Source: Acidimicrobiia bacterium
Lineage (GTDB): Bacteria > Actinomycetota > Acidimicrobiia > Spongiisociales > JAHEDJ01
Length of the DNA stretch: 64,000 nucleotides
Reading direction: 5' to 3'
Assembly (NCBI GenBank): GCA_035471805.1
Contig: DATIPS010000004.1
Coordinates: 973-64,972 of the forward strand
Part shown: piece by piece, positions 57,404 through 64,000 of the stretch
Position numbering within the stretch: the first letter of the stretch is position 1
How the letters are laid out: each line of letters opens with the position of its first letter
Made by a program: the position numbers and the translations under genes
The notes under the pieces: model-generated
The model's input: only the letters and a program-made list of their open reading frames with translations
The model's database searches: none
What the model was told of the DNA's origin: nothing

Positions 57404-58551
57404 CAGTACAGGAACATCGGCTTGCCGCTCACATGGCGGACTTTCGGCCGGTACTCGTCGCGATCGTAGAGTTCGTCGACGTCGACCCGCTTGACGCCTT
57501 CGGCGGTGACCGAGATGGGCACGCTGGTGTAGGTCCCGCCTCGCAGCGACACCATGCGACCGGTTGCGCCTTCCATTGCGAGGTCGGCCGCCATCACCGC
57601 GTAGTTGATGGCCACCATCAGGTCGAGGGAATCGGGACTACCCGACCGCATCAGGTAGCCGAGCCGCTGCTCGATTATCGAGATGCCGGTGCGCTCCTTG
57701 ATGAGCCGCGCCGTCACCTCGCCGATACCGCCGAGCTTGCGATGACCGTACGCGTCTGCCTCGCCCGTCTCGATGATGTCACCGCCGATCATTTGCGCAC
57801 CCTCGGAGATCGTCAGGATGGCGTACTTGCTCGGGTTCCTGGCGCGGTCCTCGACCAGGAAGGCGGCCAGGCGGTCGATGTCGAAGGGGACCTCGGAGAT
57901 GAGGGCACGGTCCACACCGGACAGGTAGGCCGTGACCAGTGAGGTCTCGCCGCTGTTACGGCCGAACAACTCGACTACCGCGATGCGCTCATGTGAGCCG
58001 GTGGCCGTGCGCAGATTCGTGATGAACTGGACTCCGCGGGTGATGGCGGTCGAGAAACCGATGCAGTACTCGGTGCCGTGAACATCGTTGTCCATCGTCT
58101 TCGGAATGGCGATCACGGGGAAACCCTCTTCGTGGAGGCGCTGGCCGAAGGAGAGGGTGTCGTCACCGCCGATGGGTATCAGCACATCGAGTTGCTGATC
58201 GTTCAGCACACGCAAGGTATGGGGCGTCAGGTCGTGCGGGCCGTCCCCGTCGATGCTCCCCAACAGGAAGTCGGGCACATCCCTCGTTTGAACTCTCTGA
58301 GGATTCGTCCGGGAGGTGTGCAGCATGGTCCCGCCGGTCCGGTCGATGGTGCGCACAACTTCGGGCGTCAGGTCGAGGAAGTGCTGCGCGGCGGAGGCGG
58401 GATCCTCGGGGTTGTGTTCCAGAACACCGGCCCATCCGCGTCGGATGCCGACTACCTCGTGACCGCGGTCCGCAACCCGGTTGACTACGGCTTTGATGCA
58501 AGGATTGAGGCCGGGGACGTCACCGCCGCCGGTAAGGATTCCGATTCGCAT
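57403..58551 (-). CDS. PfkA-family phosphofructokinase paralog with PPi-type signature residues
   Basis: [28 protein letters not shown] (Asp where ATP enzymes have Gly), and IPKTMDNDV (Lys). 382 aa. Confidence 0.8.
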   Translation of the reverse strand: MRIGILTGGGDVPGLNPCIKAVVNRVADRGHEVVGIRRGWAGVLEHNPEDPASAAQHFLDLTPEVVRTIDRTGGTMLHTSRTNPQRVQTRDVPDFLLGSIDGDGPHDLTPHTLRVLNDQQLDVLIPIGGDDTLSFGQRLHEEGFPVIAIPKTMDNDVHGTEYCIGFSTAITRGVQFITNLRTATGSHERIAVVELFGRNSGETSLVTAYLSGVDRALISEVPFDIDRLAAFLVEDRARNPSKYAILTISEGAQMIGGDIIETGEADAYGHRKLGGIGEVTARLIKERTGISIIEQRLGYLMRSGSPDSLDLMVAINYAVMAADLAMEGATGRMVSLRGGTYTSVPISVTAEGVKRVDVDELYDRDEYRPKVRHVSGKPMFLY

Positions 58552-58563
58552 GAGGTCCTCCGG

Positions 58564-59457
58564 TCAACTGCCCTTGTAGACGTCGATGAAGCGCCGGTAG
58601 CTGGCGGCGATGGAGGCGACTGCCTCGGCACGGCTGATCTTCCCGTCTTTGAAGCCTTCCACGCCGGCCCACCAGATGGAACGGCCGATGGCGAATCCCG
58701 CGTATCCGGGAACGCCCGAACCCATTCGGAGCCAGTGGTCGACCTTTGCGTCGTCGGCTCCGCGTCCCAGGACTACCGCGATAACGTCGTCGCGTCCATC
58801 CGACCTGATGAGCCGCGAAAGGAGCTCGCAGCTGCGACGTCGATCGAGGCCCTCGATCTTCCAGATGTCCGGCTCGACGCCGGCATCGAGAATCTGCCGG
58901 ATCGACTGAAGGGTTAGATACGGGCGGATCTCGGCGTCGTAGTCCGCTCCCGATTCGACGAGGGAGAGTTGCCGGTCGGTCGCCGGGACCAGAAGCTCGA
59001 AGAGGTAGGTCTTGCCGTGATCCCGGAGCCAGTCTCCAAGCCGCTTGAGCTTCTCGCCCTGGGCGCGGTTGTCTTCGGGGTCGTCATCAGGGTTCCAGCG
59101 CACGAGCACCTTTGCGAAATCGGCGTCGAACTCGGTGATGTGATCGCCGAACGCCTCCCCATATTCGAAGTCGAAGAGGGGCTGGCCGGATTTCTCCACC
59201 GGCATCGCCAGTCTGATACCGCGCGCTTTGGCATCGCGAGCCACGTCGGCACCCATCTCCTCGTCGACCAGAACGCCGACCAGATCCGGGGACAGGCCGT
59301 CCTCGACGGCTTTGAGAGCGCCTTCGTATACGAGGCGCTTGGCATCTCGCAGGGCGGCGGCTTCCTCGGCGGTCTCGTTGCGACCGGTGATTCCGAACAT
59401 CTTCGACTTGAAGCTGCCCCGGTGGTCGAAGGCGAGGATGAAGAGCTCGTCACGCAT
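58564..59457 (-). CDS. LacD/DUF2090-like class I aldolase-fold protein
   Basis: N-terminal FILAFDHRGSF and internal DIWKIEG resemble the DUF2090 domain found fused to IolC, and tagatose-bisphosphate-aldolase-like proteins. It is the first gene of the operon with the two PFK paralogs. Assignment is by eye only. Confidence 0.6.
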   Translation of the reverse strand: MRDELFILAFDHRGSFKSKMFGITGRNETAEEAAALRDAKRLVYEGALKAVEDGLSPDLVGVLVDEEMGADVARDAKARGIRLAMPVEKSGQPLFDFEYGEAFGDHITEFDADFAKVLVRWNPDDDPEDNRAQGEKLKRLGDWLRDHGKTYLFELLVPATDRQLSLVESGADYDAEIRPYLTLQSIRQILDAGVEPDIWKIEGLDRRRSCELLSRLIRSDGRDDVIAVVLGRGADDAKVDHWLRMGSGVPGYAGFAIGRSIWWAGVEGFKDGKISRAEAVASIAASYRRFIDVYKGS

Positions 59458-59557
59458 TCTGGGTCTCCCTTGAGTGTCTGGAATCAGCTTTCAACTGTAG
59501 CCGCATGAGTTCCGATCGAAATCACGGATCTCCCGTGTTCGATTACCGTGGTCGGTC

Positions 59558-60385
59558 ATGGAAACCGGAACCGTCTGCTACCGACATCCCGATCGCGAGA
59601 CCCTGCTGGGCTGTGCCTCGTGCGGACGGCCGATGTGCCCGGAGTGTGCCTTCGACACGCCGGTGGGTCAGAAGTGTTTCGAATGTGCGCGGCCGGCCGC
59701 CGCACAAGTGACGGCGCGCCAACTCATGAACCGTCCGACTCCCGTCGCATTCGGTTTGATCGGCGTCGCCGTTTTGCTGTTCGTCGCGCCGCGGGTGATT
59801 CCCGGATTGACGGACACAACGGTCAGGTGGGCCCGGGATCTGATCGAGCAATATGCCGCGCAGGCGAACTGGCTGGTCGCGGACGGGGAGTGGTGGAGGA
59901 TCCTCAGCGCCGCCTTCCTGCACGGAAGCTCGACCCATCTCCTGTTCAACATGTGGGCTCTGTACGTGTTCGGACCGGAACTCGAACGCCAGCTCGGCTC
60001 GGCCGCCTTCGCGGTCTTGTATCTGTCGACTGCCGCCGCCGGGGGAGCGACCGCCTACTTCCTCAGCGACGAAATCACTCTGCTGGTTGGCGCTTCCGGT
60101 GCCATATTCGGACTGTTCGGCGTATGGCTGGTCGGGTCGTGGCGGGTTCGGCACACGCGAGCCGGTGCTGCCCTGTACAGGCAGCTGCTCGTGCTCCTCG
60201 GGATCAATGCGGTGTTCTCTTTCGCGGTGCCCCGTATCTCCTGGCAGGGGCATCTGGGGGGTTTCGTGGCGGGGCTCCTCATCGGATACCTGTGGGGGCT
60301 GGTTCCGCAGAAAACCGCGTCGACCCGTGCCGGCATAGCTGCAGGTGTTGGGATCGTTTCTCTGCTCGCCGTTATTCTGGCGTGA
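59558..60385 (+). CDS. Rhomboid family intramembrane serine protease with N-terminal zinc ribbon
   Basis: CYRHP...CASCGRPMCPEC...CFEC zinc ribbon. Rhomboid motifs WWRILSAAFLHGS, catalytic GASGAIFGL and HLGGFVAG. Confidence 0.85.
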   Translation: METGTVCYRHPDRETLLGCASCGRPMCPECAFDTPVGQKCFECARPAAAQVTARQLMNRPTPVAFGLIGVAVLLFVAPRVIPGLTDTTVRWARDLIEQYAAQANWLVADGEWWRILSAAFLHGSSTHLLFNMWALYVFGPELERQLGSAAFAVLYLSTAAAGGATAYFLSDEITLLVGASGAIFGLFGVWLVGSWRVRHTRAGAALYRQLLVLLGINAVFSFAVPRISWQGHLGGFVAGLLIGYLWGLVPQKTASTRAGIAAGVGIVSLLAVILA

Positions 60386-60447
60386 CCGGCCACTGCGAGC
60401 AGCCGGCACTGCTACAGTCGATAATCCCACTGATGTAGTTCGGATCC

Positions 60448-63400
60448 ATGGCCCGCGACAGCTTCGCTCACCTCCACGTTCACACCGAGTTCTCGATGCT
60501 CGATGGAGCGGCTCGTGTAAACGACCTGGTCCGTGCGGTCGAGGCGGACGGACAACCGGCTGTGGCCATCACCGATCACGGGGCCATGTACGGCGTCGTC
60601 GATTTCTACAAGGCGGCGACCGCAGTGGGTGTCAAGCCGATCATCGGCGTGGAAGCCTATGTGACGCCGGGCAGCAGATTCGACCGTCCGGCTCGCGCCG
60701 AGAACGTCAGACACCACATGACGCTGCTGGCCGAGAACGAGGTTGGATATCGCAACCTGATGCAACTGGTCAGCAAGTCCTACCTCGAGGGCTACTACTA
60801 CAAGCCGCGCATGGATCTGGACCTGCTCAGCCGCCATTCCGAAGGTCTGATCGCTACGTCCGGTTGCCTGGGCGGCCATGTGCCGAGCCTGCTGGCCCCG
60901 GATGCCTCGCGTGAAGAGGGGAACCGGCAAATGAGCCGGGACATGAAAGGGGCCGTTGCGGCTGCCGCCATGTACCAGGACATCTTCGGCCGCGACAACT
61001 TCTTCATCGAACTCGGAGACCACGGCATCGAGGCCCAGCGGCGGATCCTGCCCGACCTGGTCGATATCTCCGCCAGGATCGGCGCACCCCTCCTGGCCGC
61101 CAACGACTCTCACTACATCACGGCCGAGGATGCCGCCGCTCACGACGTCTTGCTGTGCATTCAGACCGGGTCGACGCTCGACGATGCCAGCAGGTTCCGG
61201 TTCGAAGGTACGGGACTGTATGTCAAGACTGCTCGGGAGATGCGGAACCTCTTTCCGGAGGACAGGTTCCCCGGCGCGACTTCGAACACGCTCTGGGTTG
61301 CCGAACGGGCCAACGTGGAACTCGAGTTCGGCAAGATCTTGCTGCCGGTGTTCCCGGTTCCCGAGGGACACACCGAACTGTCCTACCTCCGGGAGCTGGT
61401 GGAGGAGGGTGCCCGGCACCGATACGGCGATCCACTGCCGGACGATGCACGCGAGCGCATCGAGCATGAGCTGCGGATCATCGAAGAGATGGGATTCCCG
61501 GCCTACTTCCTGATCGTCTGGGATCTGATCCGATATGCGACCGAGCAACGGATTCGAGTCGGGCCGGGACGGGGTAGCGCAGCCGGATCGATCATCGCCT
61601 ACTGCCTGAAGATCACGGCACTGGACCCCCTTCAGTACGGAATGATCTTCGAGCGATTCCTCAACCCGGGCCGTCGCGAGATGCCGGACATCGACATGGA
61701 CTTCGACGAGCGTTACCGGGGCGAGCTGATTCGCTACGCGGCGGAGAAGTACGGATCCGATCACGTCGCCCAGATCATCACTTTCTCGACGATCAAAGGG
61801 AAGCAGGCGATCCGCGACGCGGCGCGCGTGTTGGGGCACCCGTACGGACTGGGTGACCGGGTGGCCAAGCTCATGCCGCCGGCCATTCTCGGCAAAGAGG
61901 CCTCCCTCGAGCAGTGTCTGACCCCTCCGCCGCCGGATGCCGACGTGACCGTCAAGGACTGGTATTCAAATGCTTCCGGTTTGCGTGAGGCGTACGACGC
62001 CGAAGCAGAGGTCCGGCAGGTCGTCGACGCGGCGAAAGGCCTCGAGGGTCTGCGTCGCCAGGACTCCATTCACGCCGCCGCGGTCGTCATCGCCCCTGAG
62101 CCGCTGACCGGACTGGTCCCGATTCAGCAGAAGGGCGAAGGGTCGGAGATCGTCACTCAGTACGAGATGCACGGGATCGCCGATCTCGGGCTGTTGAAGA
62201 TGGACTTCCTCGGCCTCAGGACACTCGCCATCATCGAACGGACGCTCGAGTTGATCGAGGGTTCCGGCGGCGGGTTGATCGACATCGACAATGTGCCTCT
62301 CGACGACGAGAAGACGTTCGAGATGATCAGGGCGACGGACACGATCGGGGTCTTCCAACTCGAGGGTTCTGCGATGCGATCACTCATCCGCTCGCTCCAA
62401 CCCGACGTCTTCGATCACATCGTTGCAACCAACGCCCTGTTTCGCCCGGGCCCGATGGGGCAAAACATGCACTACGAGTATGCCGAGCGGAAGAACGGAC
62501 GAAAGCCGGTCGAGTATCCCCATCCGGCCACGCAGCCGTTCCTCGAGTCGACCTACGGCATCATCGTCTATCAGGAACAGGTCATGCAGGTGGCGCGCGA
62601 CATCGCCGGCTACTCGATGGCCGAAGCGGACAATCTTCGCAAGGCAATGGGCAAGAAGATCAAGTCCGTCATGGAAGCCGAGAAGCAGAAGTTCGTCGAG
62701 GGATGTGCCGCCCAAGGACATCCGGCCAGTCTCGGCCGCGAACTCTGGGACGCCATCGAACCCTTCGCCGGCTACGGCTTCAACATCCCCCATAGCGCCT
62801 GCTACGCCTACATCGCCTATCAGACGGCATATCTGAAGGCCCATTATCCGGCCGAGTACATGGCCGCCATCTTGACGTCGACGAAAAAGGACAAGGACCG
62901 CACCGCGCTGTATCTCGGTGAGTCCCGCAGCATGGGTGTCGACGTGCTGGTACCGGACGTCAACGAATCGGAGGTCGATTTCACGGTTCGGGACGGCAAG
63001 GTGCGGTTCGGGTTGTCGGCGGTCCGAAACGTCGGAGAGGGCGTCGTCGAGCGCATAATCGAAGCCAGGACGACCGGCGGTCCGTTCGTCGACTTCCAGG
63101 ACTTCGCCGATCGCGTCGATGTCTCTGCACTCAACCGCCGGACCGTCGAGTCCCTCATCAAGGCCGGGGCTTTCGACGCGCTGGGGCTGACCCGGAAGGG
63201 CTTGATCCTCACCTTCGAGCAGGTACTCGAGTCGACGATTGCCCGGCGGCGAAAAGAGGATCTCGGACAGTTCAGCCTGTTTGGAGGACAGGAGGAGGTG
63301 TTCACGGAGGTCGTTGAGGTTCCAGACGGTGAGTGGGACAAGCGAACGAAACTGGGTTTCGAGAAAGAGATGCTCGGCCTGTTCATCTCCGACCATCCGC

Positions 63401-63954
63401 TGCTCGGCGTCGAAGGATTGTTGCGCCGTCAGACCACGTGCGGGATACCGGACCTCATGGACCTCACCGACGGCGCTTCGATCATGGTCGGTGGTCTCGT
63501 CTCCGGCATAAATCGACGATTCACCCGCAGCGGCGATCAGATGATCTACTTCACGCTCGAGGATCTCGCCGGTTCTGTGGAGGTTGTGGCCTTTCCGCGC
63601 ACCGTCAATGAGTTCGGACCCCTGATCCGCGAGGATGCGATCCTGCTCGTCAGAGGTCGTCTCGATCACCGCGGCGAAGATGTGAAGGTGATGGGCCACG
63701 CGATCGAGGAGCCGCATCTCGAACCGGACGGGGCGGTCACTCTCGAAATTCCGGCGCGTCTCCTCTCGGCCGAGAGGGTGAAGCAGTTGAAGGACGTCCT
63801 GATCAACCATCCCGGACCGGCCCCGGTTTACCTGCATATGACCACCGATACCGGCCACAAGGTCTTGAAGCTCGGCGACGACCATCGCGTCGAACCGCGC
63901 TCCGATCTCTATGCCGAGTTGCGCGAGCTGTTCGGCCAGAAGGCGATCCTCTGA
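60448..63954 (+). CDS. dnaE: DNA polymerase III alpha subunit
   Basis: PHP domain FAHLHVHTEFSMLDGA, polymerase core (PDIDMDF, GLLKMDFLGLRTL), and OB-fold C-terminus. 1168 aa. Confidence 0.95.
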   Translation: MARDSFAHLHVHTEFSMLDGAARVNDLVRAVEADGQPAVAITDHGAMYGVVDFYKAATAVGVKPIIGVEAYVTPGSRFDRPARAENVRHHMTLLAENEVGYRNLMQLVSKSYLEGYYYKPRMDLDLLSRHSEGLIATSGCLGGHVPSLLAPDASREEGNRQMSRDMKGAVAAAAMYQDIFGRDNFFIELGDHGIEAQRRILPDLVDISARIGAPLLAANDSHYITAEDAAAHDVLLCIQTGSTLDDASRFRFEGTGLYVKTAREMRNLFPEDRFPGATSNTLWVAERANVELEFGKILLPVFPVPEGHTELSYLRELVEEGARHRYGDPLPDDARERIEHELRIIEEMGFPAYFLIVWDLIRYATEQRIRVGPGRGSAAGSIIAYCLKITALDPLQYGMIFERFLNPGRREMPDIDMDFDERYRGELIRYAAEKYGSDHVAQIITFSTIKGKQAIRDAARVLGHPYGLGDRVAKLMPPAILGKEASLEQCLTPPPPDADVTVKDWYSNASGLREAYDAEAEVRQVVDAAKGLEGLRRQDSIHAAAVVIAPEPLTGLVPIQQKGEGSEIVTQYEMHGIADLGLLKMDFLGLRTLAIIERTLELIEGSGGGLIDIDNVPLDDEKTFEMIRATDTIGVFQLEGSAMRSLIRSLQPDVFDHIVATNALFRPGPMGQNMHYEYAERKNGRKPVEYPHPATQPFLESTYGIIVYQEQVMQVARDIAGYSMAEADNLRKAMGKKIKSVMEAEKQKFVEGCAAQGHPASLGRELWDAIEPFAGYGFNIPHSACYAYIAYQTAYLKAHYPAEYMAAILTSTKKDKDRTALYLGESRSMGVDVLVPDVNESEVDFTVRDGKVRFGLSAVRNVGEGVVERIIEARTTGGPFVDFQDFADRVDVSALNRRTVESLIKAGAFDALGLTRKGLILTFEQVLESTIARRRKEDLGQFSLFGGQEEVFTEVVEVPDGEWDKRTKLGFEKEMLGLFISDHPLLGVEGLLRRQTTCGIPDLMDLTDGASIMVGGLVSGINRRFTRSGDQMIYFTLEDLAGSVEVVAFPRTVNEFGPLIREDAILLVRGRLDHRGEDVKVMGHAIEEPHLEPDGAVTLEIPARLLSAERVKQLKDVLINHPGPAPVYLHMTTDTGHKVLKLGDDHRVEPRSDLYAELRELFGQKAIL

Positions 63955-64000
63955 AACGGTTGTTGGTTTTGGGTTCTGAGTTGTGGCTGTGTGGAACCCA

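Noticed and set aside
60412-63885. Two long minus-strand ORFs (60412-61839 and 62380-63885) antisense to dnaE
   Set aside because: Low-complexity Arg/Asp/Gly-rich translations. The plus strand is an unambiguous DnaE. These are GC-driven shadow ORFs.
63955-64000. GT-rich, low-GC tail after dnaE (ggttgttggttttgggttctgagttgtggctgtgtgg) as a possible RNA gene or terminator
   Set aside because: It is cut off by the window edge. I could draw no stem-loop or tRNA/rRNA-like structure from 46 nt.
1-64000. Prophage, IS element, integrative element or defence island anywhere in the window
   Set aside because: I recognised no integrase, transposase, phage structural genes, tRNA attachment site, terminal inverted repeats or known defence gene signatures. 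The gene content is dominated by conserved housekeeping operons.

Overview
GC-rich, densely coding chromosomal segment whose gene content and order look like a core region of an Actinomycetota genome: there is no ftsA, and sepF-yggT-divIVA follow ftsZ. All calls come from reading the supplied ORF translations and the nucleotide sequence by eye; no searches were run.

Blocks in order:
1. A 5'-partial DUF222/HNH gene, an SDR, an M50 protease with CBS domains, two tiny membrane proteins coupled to a DUF2071 gene, a Nei-type glycosylase, a 1155-aa Zn-ribbon/class III cyclase/P-loop ATPase/helical-repeat protein, an aminotransferase, an alpha-glucan phosphorylase, an RlpA-like protein and a threonine aldolase.
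2. The FAS-II operon fabD-fabH-fabG-acpP-fabF, followed by a tandem pair of 60-bp palindromic repeats.
3. Two membrane proteins, a NUDIX hydrolase, a histidine phosphatase, dinB, a DUF3040 gene and a MerR regulator.
4. The moxR-DUF58-transglutaminase operon.
5. A poorly characterised block: two coupled hypothetical genes, a degenerate resolvase-fold protein, an HNH endonuclease, a secreted protein and a USP.
6. A full dcw cluster, mraZ-rsmH-ftsL-ftsI-murE-mraY-murD-ftsW-murG-murC-murB-ftsQ-ftsZ-pgeF-yggS-sepF-yggT-divIVA. It has no murF.
7. ileS, a DUF167 gene, a DksA/TraR-like gene, lspA, rluD and a hypothetical gene.
8. An operon of a LacD/DUF2090-like aldolase plus two PfkA-family kinases, then a rhomboid protease and dnaE.

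I saw no rRNA, tRNA, CRISPR array, IS element or prophage. I did not find a convincing novel multi-gene system such as a defence island.

The most unusual items are:
- the tandem palindromic 60-mers after fabF;
- the aldolase plus dual-PFK operon;
- the degenerate resolvase/HNH divergent pair;
- a perfect hairpin that occludes the ribosome-binding site of the dksA-like gene;
- the murF-less dcw cluster;
- phased GTGGGG boxes in the mraZ promoter.
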